Assembly: GCA_003315655.1 (NCBI GenBank)
Contig: NIZT01000029.1
Coordinates: forward strand, 1-46,994
Source of the DNA: Candidatus Methanobinarius endosymbioticus
Lineage (GTDB): Archaea; Methanobacteriota; Methanobacteria; Methanobacteriales; Methanobacteriaceae
Length of the DNA: 46,994 bases
Direction: 5' to 3'
Positions 33,888-43,632 of this stretch are shown in pieces. The number at the start of each line of letters is the position of its first letter. The stretch's first letter is position 1. The notes under the pieces are model-generated. The model was given only the letters and a program-made list of their open reading frames with translations, had not been told where the DNA came from and searched no databases. Position numbers and translations under genes: made by a program.

Positions 33888-35888
33888 TTAAACTATCTTA
33901 AGATATCCATTGCTTGGTTCAAACACAATACCTTTATGTTTTAATTGTTTTATTATTTCTTCGACTTTTTCTTCACTCATATCATATTGATCTATGAGGT
34001 TAAATGTTAAAACATTTACTGGTGCTTGATCACCGTATTCTTCTTGAAGTTCTCTGATTTCGTCTACAACTTTTTGTAACTTGTCTCTTTCTGATTTAGG
34101 AGTTCTTCCTTCAACCATATCAACATCGATTTTACCTGTTTCTGGATCATAACCGACTTCTTTTAGACATGTCATCTGTAAAGCTATAGCTCTTTTAGCA
34201 TCTTCTTTTTCAACAAAGTCTTTTAATTTAATTTTAGCACTAGCTTCAGCTAATCGAATGATAGCTTCTAATTGCCTTGCTGTGATTGGAACTGGAGCAT
34301 CTTCATCCACTGCACCACTTCTCATGTCAACATAAAAGTCTTCTAAGACTTTATTAGATTCATCAGTAAGTTTTGGGCTGATATTTTTTCTTGCATAAGC
34401 TATGTATTTTCTAAGAAGATCTGGTTCAATTTCATAGTTAACTGAATCCTCTTGATGTATCTTAAGAATATGTTGAGCTAATTCCCTATCATTATCTACA
34501 TTTGGTTTATCTTCAACAACAAAAGTTAAATCAAACCTAGATAGAATTGGAGAAGGTAGATCAATTTGTTCTGCTACAGATTTATATCTATCAAATCTTC
34601 CGAATTTAGGGTTAGCTGCTGCAAGAACAGAACAACGAGAGTTAAGAGTTGCCATGATTCCAGCTTTAGCTATACTTATTGTTTGCTGTTCTAAAGCTTC
34701 GTGAAGTGCAGATCTATCTTCAGATCTCATTTTGTCTAGCTCGTCAACACAAACATTACCTTTATCCCCAAGTACTAAAGCACCGGCTTCTAAGGACCAT
34801 CCACCTAATTCGTCTCTAACAGCCGCAGCTGTTAATCCTGCTCCTGTTGTACCTTTACCACTGGTGTAAATACTTCTTGGAGCTAATTTAGATACATATT
34901 TTAACATTTGAGATTTACCAATACCAGGATCCCCTACAATCAAAATATGAATATCTCCCCTAAGACGTGTTTTATCTTCCAGTTCTTTAGCTGCTCCACC
35001 AAATAATTGGAGAGCTATAGCTTCTTTAACTTGACGATAACCTTTAATAGAAGGAGCAGTAGACTTAATTATTTTTTCATGAATATTAGGATCTTTAGAA
35101 AGTTCGATGATCTTTTCTTCATCTTCTTGACTAATTTCAAGTTCTTCAAACTCTTCCTCTTGAGGTTTGATAAAATTTGCATAGATATAATTTTTAAATT
35201 TACCACTACGTTCTTCTCTGAATGTTTTTAAAGTTCCTGTAATAACAACATTATCACCAGGATTTAAAATATCTACTAAATCATCTTCAAGAATTATTAG
35301 TATTTGTTTAGGTTCAGTTCCTCCAGAAAGGTTTTCAAGGGGTTCTTGAACTCTAGCTGTTTGTGTGTCAACATATTTAGATTCTTCCTGTAGTAATCTA
35401 AATGACCTTCCACCACATTCAGTACATAATGAAGGTTCAACAATAGTGTTACTGTTAGTTTGTTCAACCTCATGTAATCTCATACATCCTCTACATTCGA
35501 AAACACCTGTTTCGATTCTAGGACGGATTTCATCAGTTTTACGGACTATTCCTTCTACTGATACAAATTTACCAATATATTTACTAAGTAAATGCTTGAG
35601 TTGAACAATATTTGTTAGATTTTCCAATCTTATGTTCAAATCTGCATCTTTCATTAATGGATCAATGTTTTTCACAGCTTTAGATGAAGCTAGAAGAACA
35701 TCATCTGGTTTTTCAATTAAAAGATCGGCTAAATCTGGATCAAACATTTCCAAATCAATATAATCAACAACTAACGATCTATCGTCAGGATATTTTTCTA
35801 AAATTCCAAAAACATCATCTTTATACTTTGTTGAGAAAAATTCCTCAAATTTAGTAATAGATGTTTGTGATTTATCACTTCCACTCAT
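33888..35888 (-). CDS. mcm: Minichromosome maintenance (MCM) replicative helicase.
   Basis: 666 aa, intact, no intein. Zn-finger CRGC..(x)..CTECGG; Walker [11 protein letters not shown]; Walker B CVDELDKM; sensor/arginine finger ..SRFDLTF..; C-terminal winged-helix region. Confidence 0.95.
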   Translation of the reverse strand: MSGSDKSQTSITKFEEFFSTKYKDDVFGILEKYPDDRSLVVDYIDLEMFDPDLADLLIEKPDDVLLASSKAVKNIDPLMKDADLNIRLENLTNIVQLKHLLSKYIGKFVSVEGIVRKTDEIRPRIETGVFECRGCMRLHEVEQTNSNTIVEPSLCTECGGRSFRLLQEESKYVDTQTARVQEPLENLSGGTEPKQILIILEDDLVDILNPGDNVVITGTLKTFREERSGKFKNYIYANFIKPQEEEFEELEISQEDEEKIIELSKDPNIHEKIIKSTAPSIKGYRQVKEAIALQLFGGAAKELEDKTRLRGDIHILIVGDPGIGKSQMLKYVSKLAPRSIYTSGKGTTGAGLTAAAVRDELGGWSLEAGALVLGDKGNVCVDELDKMRSEDRSALHEALEQQTISIAKAGIMATLNSRCSVLAAANPKFGRFDRYKSVAEQIDLPSPILSRFDLTFVVEDKPNVDNDRELAQHILKIHQEDSVNYEIEPDLLRKYIAYARKNISPKLTDESNKVLEDFYVDMRSGAVDEDAPVPITARQLEAIIRLAEASAKIKLKDFVEKEDAKRAIALQMTCLKEVGYDPETGKIDVDMVEGRTPKSERDKLQKVVDEIRELQEEYGDQAPVNVLTFNLIDQYDMSEEKVEEIIKQLKHKGIVFEPSNGYLKIV

Positions 35889-36405
35889 TGTAATTACATT
35901 GATTTTTCTTCTTAATATAATCTTCAGTTTTCCTATTTTACAATATTTTTTTATTAATTAATTATTTATATATTCATATAAATTTTCATATAAACTCACA
36001 TAATTTTTATCATTATTTATTTCATAATTATTTTTATAATCCTATTATTCATATGTTATATTAAAATATAAAGAATTATATTAATAAAAGAAAAAAAATA
36101 AAAAAATATTTAAAGAAAAAATATGATTGACAAAATAAAAATTAAAGAAAAATAAAAAATAAAATAATAAAAATAAAATAAAAATTAAAGAAAAAATTTA
36201 TTGAAAAAATAATAAATAATAAAAATTCTAAGGAAAACTATTTAATATATAAAAAGAAAAATATAAATTATAATAATAAAGATAATATAATAAAAAATAT
36301 TAGTATAAAAAACATTTTACGAAAATCATATTTTTACTATATAGATCATTTTTTTTACTACAGACATATTTGAGAGAATTATAAATTTTAATTTAATTAG
36401 AGGTC

Positions 36406-36834
36406 ATGATTATGAAAAAATCCCGATTAAGTTTGTTTAAATCAACTTCAATGCTAATATCTGTATTAGGAGTATTGATGATAGTTTCAAGCATGATAGT
36501 TGCGGCTTATATTGGTTTTAATGTGATTTCATCAGAAATTTCATCAGAAATTTCATCAGGATCTCAATATGAAATATTAAATTCACTTAAAGCTAATTAT
36601 ACAGAATTAAAAGCTAAATTTAATTCTACTAAACCAACAATATTCACTGGATCTAATAAAACAAAAGAAAAACAATATATTGATGCTGAATTAGAATTAT
36701 TAAGGGCTGATTCGGCAATCAGTGATGTTGAAAGTGTTTTGAATTCTGGAAAACCATCTAGTGATGTGGATGCTAGAATCAAAACAGCTAAAGAAAAATT
36801 AAGTATAGCTAGTAAAGCATATAATGAGCTATAG
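36406..36834 (+). CDS. Membrane-anchored hypothetical protein with a coiled-coil-like C-terminus and a short in-frame tandem repeat.
   Basis: N-terminal TM helix (LISVLGVLMIVSSMIVAAYIGF), then (SSEI)x2.8 encoded by the 12-bp tandem repeat at 36526-36560. Confidence 0.4.
   Translation: MIMKKSRLSLFKSTSMLISVLGVLMIVSSMIVAAYIGFNVISSEISSEISSGSQYEILNSLKANYTELKAKFNSTKPTIFTGSNKTKEKQYIDAELELLRADSAISDVESVLNSGKPSSDVDARIKTAKEKLSIASKAYNEL
36526..36560 (+). repeat. 12-bp tandem repeat ATTTCATCAGAA x2.9, in frame (ISSEISSEISSG).
   Basis: Read directly from the sequence. Confidence 0.9.
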
Positions 36835-37127
36835 AATTTTATTATGAATATATCATCCACATAGTATTTGTATATATTATGAAAACTTATATAAAAAATA
36901 AAATAAATACATTACAATAATATAAGAGATTAGTTTATACTATATATTAATTTATTAAATTTACCATTTATTATTCCTTATTATTTTTAATACTCAATTA
37001 ACTAATTTACATAAATTAATTAATATAATATTGATAATATACTATTAATAAATTTAATTACTTATATTCTTATTAAATATAACCTTTAGATAACATATTT
37101 AAGATATCATTATAAGGAGGAGAGACC

Positions 37128-37535
37128 ATGGAAAAATACAAAGATTTATTGAATAGAGCTATTGATCAGCTCCCACCAGAAGTTTTTGAAACAAAAAGAT
37201 TTAGTGTTCCAAAAGCTTATTCAGTTATACAAGGAAATAGAACTTTTGTTCAAAATTTTAAAGAAATAGCTGAAGCTTTAAATAGAGATCCTCAACATTT
37301 ATTAAAATTCTTACTTAGGGAATTAGGTACTGCTGGGAATTTAGAAGGTGGAAGAGTTATTTTACAAGGTAAATTCACTCATTTTTTAATAAATGAAAGA
37401 ATAGATGAATATGTTGAAAAATTCGTTATGTGTCAAGAATGTAATAGACCAGATACAAGAATTATCAGAGAAGATAGAATATTCATCTTAAAATGTGCGG
37501 CTTGTGGTGCTAAAGCTCCACTAAAAACATTATAA
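37128..37535 (+). CDS. eif2b: Translation initiation factor 2 beta subunit (aIF-2 beta).
   Basis: 135 aa with a C-terminal zinc ribbon ..[29 protein letters not shown] lies upstream. Confidence 0.9.
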   Translation: MEKYKDLLNRAIDQLPPEVFETKRFSVPKAYSVIQGNRTFVQNFKEIAEALNRDPQHLLKFLLRELGTAGNLEGGRVILQGKFTHFLINERIDEYVEKFVMCQECNRPDTRIIREDRIFILKCAACGAKAPLKTL

Positions 37536-37732
37536 TCCACATATTGTAGCTATTATAGCTACTCTTTTTTTATTTATTAAATAAATTATTGAATAAATAA
37601 TCAAATTCAATAGATTTAAATACAGAATATATTTGAATAAAATTATTGAATAAAAAATTCAAGTAAATATTACTTAAAAATCAATTTTAACTATATTTTT
37701 ATATTATCTAATTAAGATAAAGAGTGTTGTAG

Positions 37733-38794
37733 ATGTTTTGTCCAGAATGTGGTAGTACAGATACTCCAATGGTTGGAGGAATTTGCCAAAACTGTTTTTT
37801 AAAGAAGTTTTCTATTTTAGAAATTCCTGAAAATATAGAACTTACTATCTGTGCCCATTGTAATGCAAAATTTGAAGAAGGAAAATGGGAAGAATTAGAA
37901 ATTCCTGAAGAAGAAATCATTTACAGAGCTTTAGAAAAAAGTATTAAAGTGGATCCCCAAGTAGATGAAGATAAACTACATGTTGAGCTCGAAATTGTTC
38001 AGATGAGAGGAATCATAGCTGAATGTCATATTGAAGCCAAAACAGAAATCTTTAATGAAACTTTAGAACAATCATTTGACACAGAAGTCAGATTGATGAA
38101 AAGTGTGTGTCCTACCTGTAGTAAACAGCGATCAAGTTATTATGAAGCAGTTATTCAATTTAGGGTCGATAATCGTGAATTAACCTCAGAAGAAGTTGAA
38201 AAAGCTGATGAAATTGTTGTTAAAGTCTTGAACAACCGATTTGAAAGAGATAGGTTAGCTTATTTAGTTCAAAAAGCTAAATTAAAAGAAGGTAATGACT
38301 ATTACATTGGATCTTATAAATCTGGAAAAAAGGTAGTAGAAGCTATACAAGAAGAATTTGGCGGAATAATCAAAGAGTCTCCTAGATTAATAAGTCAAGA
38401 TAAATCTACTGGAAAAGGTTTGTATAGAATATGGATCTCTATACGTCTTCCAAACTTTAAAAAAGGAGATTTTATAAGATACAATAATGTTGATAATGAG
38501 ATATTAGCTATCGATGGTAAACGAATTCTCATGAAAAACTTAAAAACTTTTAAAAAAGTTCCTGTTCAATGGAAAGAATATGATTCAATAGAATATTTAA
38601 AAAACTATGAAGATATTCAAACTACTACTCTAATATCAATTTCACCTTCTACAATACAGCTATTAGATCCTGATGATTATAGTGTAGTAGACATAGAAGT
38701 AAATAATAATTTTAAAAGTCTTGAAATTGGTGAAGAAGTAAATGTTATAAAAATTGAAAACAATATTTATTTACTTGAATTCAATGAAGAATAA
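37733..38794 (+). CDS. Archaeal NMD3-family protein (ribosome biogenesis/export factor homologue).
   Basis: N-terminal Cys4 zinc clusters (CPECGS..CQNCF; CAHCNAKF; CPTCSK), then the NMD3 OB-like body. 353 aa. Confidence 0.7.
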   Translation: MFCPECGSTDTPMVGGICQNCFLKKFSILEIPENIELTICAHCNAKFEEGKWEELEIPEEEIIYRALEKSIKVDPQVDEDKLHVELEIVQMRGIIAECHIEAKTEIFNETLEQSFDTEVRLMKSVCPTCSKQRSSYYEAVIQFRVDNRELTSEEVEKADEIVVKVLNNRFERDRLAYLVQKAKLKEGNDYYIGSYKSGKKVVEAIQEEFGGIIKESPRLISQDKSTGKGLYRIWISIRLPNFKKGDFIRYNNVDNEILAIDGKRILMKNLKTFKKVPVQWKEYDSIEYLKNYEDIQTTTLISISPSTIQLLDPDDYSVVDIEVNNNFKSLEIGEEVNVIKIENNIYLLEFNEE

Positions 38795-38967
38795 ACTAAT
38801 TATAATTAACAAAAATGTAATATTTATTAAAAAATAATAGATATATTTAATAATATATCCTTAATATATCCTTAAAAAATAAATAAATAAAATATTATTA
38901 AAATTATTAGTAAAAAAATACTATAAATAATAAATAATATATATTAGATAATCCTAGAAGTGATTAA

Positions 38968-39930
38968 ATGGATATTAAAGCAAAATTAGACCTAATAGAG
39001 AAAGGAACATTAGAAATGATTAATACAGAAGAGCTAGAAGAAAAACTCAAAAAAGAGAAAGCTGTTGCTTATACTGGTTATGAACCTTCTGGGAAAATTC
39101 ATTTAGGTCATACAATTACTGTTATGAAATTAAAACAAATGCAAGATTTAGGTTTTAAAATAAAAATACTTTTAGCTGATTATCATGCTTATTTAAATGG
39201 AAAAGGAACTATTGAAGAAATAGAAGAAACAGCTAAATACAATGAAAAATGTTTCAAAGCTTTAGGATTAAGTGATGATACTGATTTTGTTTTAGGTTCT
39301 ACTTTCCAAACTAAACCAGAATATACTGATGAAGTTTATAAATTAGCTACACTTACCACTATTGTAAGAGCAAAAAGAAGTATGGATCAAGTAAGTAGGC
39401 ATAGTGAACATCCAAAAGTAGCTAATGTCATATATCCGTTAATGCAAGTAGCAGATATGAGTTCTTTAGAAGTAGATGTAGCTCTTGGTGGAATGGAACA
39501 AAGGAAAATCCAAGTTTTAGCTAGAGAAAATCTTCCTAAAATTGATAAAGAAGCTCCTGTTTGTATTCACACCCCACTTTTACATGGTTTAGATGGTGAT
39601 GAAAAAATGTCCAGTAGTAAAGGTAACTTCATAGCTATAGATGATGAGGAATCAGAAATTAAAACTAAAATAAACAAAAGTTTCTGTCCAATGAAAGAAA
39701 TAGAAGGAAATCCAATTATAGAAATAGCTACTCACTTTGTTTTTCCAAATCAAGCTAAATTATTAATAGAAAGACCAGAGAAATTTGGTGGAAATTTAGA
39801 ATTATCTGAAAAAGAATTAATAGAAACTTATAGTTCTGGTGAACTTCATCCAATGGACCTAAAAAATGCTATAGCTACATTTTTGATCGATTATTTAGCT
39901 AAAGTTAGAGATTATATGACTAATAATTAA
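38968..39930 (+). CDS. tyrS: Tyrosyl-tRNA synthetase (archaeal/eukaryal-type short TyrRS).
   Basis: HIGH-type motif ..PSGKIHLGH.. and KMSKS-type motif ..KMSSSKG... 320 aa. Confidence 0.9.
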   Translation: MDIKAKLDLIEKGTLEMINTEELEEKLKKEKAVAYTGYEPSGKIHLGHTITVMKLKQMQDLGFKIKILLADYHAYLNGKGTIEEIEETAKYNEKCFKALGLSDDTDFVLGSTFQTKPEYTDEVYKLATLTTIVRAKRSMDQVSRHSEHPKVANVIYPLMQVADMSSLEVDVALGGMEQRKIQVLARENLPKIDKEAPVCIHTPLLHGLDGDEKMSSSKGNFIAIDDEESEIKTKINKSFCPMKEIEGNPIIEIATHFVFPNQAKLLIERPEKFGGNLELSEKELIETYSSGELHPMDLKNAIATFLIDYLAKVRDYMTNN

Positions 39931-40063
39931 AAATATATTTAACTATATTATTAATACATTGAAAAAAATTAATTAGATTAAATAATTAAAATTATATTAT
40001 ATTAATTAAGAATATATTTAAATTAAAAAATTGCTAAAAAGAAAATATAATTAAATAAATCAC

Positions 40064-40294
40064 GTGATTATTATGGATTATGAAATGAAATTACCTCTTG
40101 GTGTTGGAGAACAAATATTAGCACATACCATAGAAAAATTTGAAGTTAAATTAAAACATACTGATTATGGACCAGTTCTTATTGGAACAGCTGAAGAATT
40201 AGAAAATGCAAAAGATTATATTGTAAAATCCATAAATGAAAGATTAAGCGAACTCTCAAATAAATATGATGAGAGTGAAAAAGAAGAAGAATAA
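40064..40294 (+). CDS. Small acidic hypothetical protein.
   Basis: 76-aa ORF between tyrS and tmk. No recognisable motif. Confidence 0.3.
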   Translation: MIIMDYEMKLPLGVGEQILAHTIEKFEVKLKHTDYGPVLIGTAEELENAKDYIVKSINERLSELSNKYDESEKEEE

Positions 40295-40342
40295 AAATAA
40301 ATAAAAATTAATAAAAAAGAAAAAGGAATACTAAACATTCAT

Positions 40343-40987
40343 TTAGTCTAGTTCACTAACACAAAATCCTAAAAGAGGTGCAACTACTTTTCGAATATCA
40401 GATTGAACTTTTTTAGGACCATTATTAGCATTTATTATAGTAAATTTATTTTTATTATCATTAATATTTTCATTATTATTTTTAAATTTGTTTTTATTTC
40501 CATTAAATTCTTTAGCTAACTCCAAATAATTATTCTTTACTTCAGTTAAAAAAGACTTTTTTTCAAATTCATCTTCACCAGAACAACGTTCTATAGCTAA
40601 ATCAACATCTAAATCTAAAAGAAGAACTAAATCAGGTTGTTTTGCAAATTTGTTTATTTCAGTTATCCAATCTTTAGGTTTTTGATATACTAAGCTTGAA
40701 TAAAAAGACCTATCACTTATGATTACTTTATTACAGTATTCTTCATTATCTATTTTATCCATAAGCATTAAACGATCAGCTGCAAATAAAAGTCCCAATG
40801 CTTTTTGAAAATTTTCTTTTGTAGCATTTGGATCTTGAAGCATTTTCCTAATTAAAACACCTACATCGGAATCAGTAGGTTCAAGAATAGTTTCCACTTC
40901 AATTCCAGAATCTTCTAACCATTGTTTAAGAACTGTTATTTGAGTGGATTTTCCAGCTCCATCAATTCCTTCTAAAACAATATACAT
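40343..40987 (-). CDS. tmk: Thymidylate kinase.
   Basis: P-loop MYIVLEGIDGAGKSTQ, DRS/DR motif ..ISDRSFYSS.. and a lid region. 214 aa with an Asn/Lys-rich insertion. Confidence 0.85.
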   Translation of the reverse strand: MYIVLEGIDGAGKSTQITVLKQWLEDSGIEVETILEPTDSDVGVLIRKMLQDPNATKENFQKALGLLFAADRLMLMDKIDNEEYCNKVIISDRSFYSSLVYQKPKDWITEINKFAKQPDLVLLLDLDVDLAIERCSGEDEFEKKSFLTEVKNNYLELAKEFNGNKNKFKNNNENINDNKNKFTIINANNGPKKVQSDIRKVVAPLLGFCVSELD

Positions 40988-41248
40988 ATAAGAATACCTT
41001 AGTTTTTAAATTATATAAAAATAATGTTATTTAAATAAATAATATAGTTAAAAAGTAAATAATATGATTGAATTTGTTAAATTATATTATCTAAAATAAA
41101 TTATTACTAAAACAATTTACTAATAAAATTATATTTTATTATTATAAAAATATTTATAAAAATTTATATAATAATATTATGTTTTCATATGATAAAAAAA
41201 TTAAAATAAAAAAAATAATTATAAAGTATTAAAATCTTATTAGTAAAA

Positions 41249-43159
41249 CTACTCAAATTTCTTAAGTATTTCCCCATAAACTTCTTTTAATGTACCTTCA
41301 GAGTTTTCATATATTCTTTTTAAGATAAATTCTGGAGTACTTCTAGCTAAACAATTCATTTTAGGAGTTCTATCCACGATCAAATTGTATTTTTCATCTA
41401 ATCCTTTTGCTTCTATACCATCTACTCGAACATCAGAATAATTCATTAATTCTTTAGCCATATGAGTTACGATAATAGCATAAGAATTAGAATCTTTAAT
41501 CATTTCAATAAAGCTAGATATTATCTTTACTGCAGCTTCTAACTCAGTAATTCCCTCTAATTCATCAAGTAGTATTAATTTTTCTGTATCAGTTGTAACT
41601 ATAGGCATGAAAACATTGAGGAAAGATTCAAAAGCACCTGCATCTAAAGATCTCTTTTTTGAGAAATGATAAATTTCATCCAATAATTTAACTTCTGCTT
41701 CTTTTACACAAACAGGAAGTCCCATATGAGTCATTATAGATATTTGAGCTATTGTTTCAAGAAGTGTTGTTTTACCACCACTATTAGCTCCAGTAAGAAG
41801 AGCTACATTATCAGGACGACTTAAATCATAATCAATTCTTTGAATATAATCTCCTTTTTCAAGTCTTAATTCTAAGTGCAAAGCTCCTTTAAGTTTAAAA
41901 TCATCAGCTAATTTTGCAGGCATTAAATCATATTCATAAGCAAAACTACCTAAAGTAAATTCATAATCAAACTCTAATGTTTCTTTTACCTCATCTATAG
42001 CTTGAGTCTTGATACTAGCTAAATAGTTAGCAGCTGTAATTTTTTTATCAAATAGATTATTTTCTTTTTCAATGCTCTGCATTAGTTTTATCCGTTCTAA
42101 TTCATTTTCATCAATTTCAAGAGGATATTGTCTTAAAAATGGATCAAAATCCATCCCAGTTTCTTCCTTAATTATTACCTTACCTTTACCAATGATTTCA
42201 TCAAATATTTTAGCTATTTTAGGAGGCATGTCATTGTTTAAAAGATCTAGTACTTCATTTCCCTCGAGATCAATTTCTTTAATAGCTACTTTAAGTTCTT
42301 CATCAAGATCAGATCTTACAGAATTAACCACTTTTTCTACATCAACATCTCGTTTTTTAAGAGAATTAACTTCATCCAACATAGGACCTATATCTTCAAG
42401 AATGGTTTTTTCATTGAGAATTCTTCTGATTTCAGCTACTCTATTAAAAAGATCAGAATTTTCATTAAAATAATCTAAAATTAATTCAGGAATAATTTTA
42501 TGCTCAGGAGCTTCTTTACTAATCATGATATAATTATTCATTTCACCTACTTCAAGGAATCCTTCTGTATAAACATAATATATCAATTCATAGCTACGAA
42601 TTTCTTCTTCAAGCATGGTTGAAGAGGAAGCATTTATTATAGGATAATATTGATTAAATCCCAAATCTAATAAATAATCACTGTCTTCATCAGTTTCCAC
42701 AAGTATGGCTTTACTAGGATCATAATCAGGACGAACTTTTTTAGGAAGCTGAAGCTTCTTCATCAGCCCTTTTAATTTAATGATAGGAAGCTTTGAAACT
42801 TTTTCTTTAGCATCCATTACAAAATCAATTTGTTTTTTTATAGTTGTTTTGTCTTTAGAGGGAGATAAAAGAAGTATTCTGTTTTCAGCGTAATTTGTAT
42901 TAGAATAAGATATAATCTTTTCAATAATTTCTTCATATAATTGAAATGCTCTTTCACTTTTTAAAAATTCTTGGCTAGGATTTTCAAGTAGCTGATTCAT
43001 AATTTCTACAGCTTTTCTTTGACTTATACCTTCGATAGCTATCAATCGTTTAAGGTCGAGATCTTTAACAATTTTTTCTAATTCTTCTCTTCCACCAACA
43101 GCTTTCAATATTTTTTCAGATAATTTATCCCCAACCCCATTCACTTCATTTAGATTCAT
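41249..43159 (-). CDS. MutS2-like protein (MutS domain-V ATPase with an N-terminal helix-hairpin-helix).
   Basis: N-terminal HhH ..GVGDKLSEKILKAVGG... C-terminal MutS ABC-ATPase core ..LLTGANSGGKTTLLETIAQISIMTHMGLPV.. and Walker B ..LILLDELEGITE... 636 aa, intact. Confidence 0.7.
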   Translation of the reverse strand: MNLNEVNGVGDKLSEKILKAVGGREELEKIVKDLDLKRLIAIEGISQRKAVEIMNQLLENPSQEFLKSERAFQLYEEIIEKIISYSNTNYAENRILLLSPSKDKTTIKKQIDFVMDAKEKVSKLPIIKLKGLMKKLQLPKKVRPDYDPSKAILVETDEDSDYLLDLGFNQYYPIINASSSTMLEEEIRSYELIYYVYTEGFLEVGEMNNYIMISKEAPEHKIIPELILDYFNENSDLFNRVAEIRRILNEKTILEDIGPMLDEVNSLKKRDVDVEKVVNSVRSDLDEELKVAIKEIDLEGNEVLDLLNNDMPPKIAKIFDEIIGKGKVIIKEETGMDFDPFLRQYPLEIDENELERIKLMQSIEKENNLFDKKITAANYLASIKTQAIDEVKETLEFDYEFTLGSFAYEYDLMPAKLADDFKLKGALHLELRLEKGDYIQRIDYDLSRPDNVALLTGANSGGKTTLLETIAQISIMTHMGLPVCVKEAEVKLLDEIYHFSKKRSLDAGAFESFLNVFMPIVTTDTEKLILLDELEGITELEAAVKIISSFIEMIKDSNSYAIIVTHMAKELMNYSDVRVDGIEAKGLDEKYNLIVDRTPKMNCLARSTPEFILKRIYENSEGTLKEVYGEILKKFE

Positions 43160-43632
43160 TTTTAAGCTCCTAATTAGTATTACTTAAATATTTAAAGTTT
43201 TTTGTTAATAACTGTTATTTTTTACTGTATTTATAAAATATTTTTAAAATTCATTAGAATATTTTAGAATATTAATTAATATATTTATTCAATCAATTAA
43301 TTATTCAATCCAATTATACTGAAATATTTATAAAATAAATATCATTATACTACCATAGTTTACAATATTCTAAATATCATTTAGACATATATATAATAGA
43401 ATTTAACCTACAAAAATGTGGAAAAGTAATATATTATTATATAATTGTTTAAAATAATGATTAAATTAGACCATAATATTGTACTAAAAAGATTAGCTAA
43501 AATAATTAAAATATTATAAATTATTATAAATAATATTATATTATAAATTAAATTTGAATAGAATAGATTGGTTGAATAGATATATTATTAAAATATTATA
43601 AAGTATAATTAGAAATAATTAGAGATAATACA

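Noticed and set aside
33888-35888. An intein or other insertion in mcm (common in archaeal MCM).
   Set aside because: The 666-aa product is collinear with intein-free MCM. Walker A and Walker B are uninterrupted and there is no extra 300-500-aa insertion.
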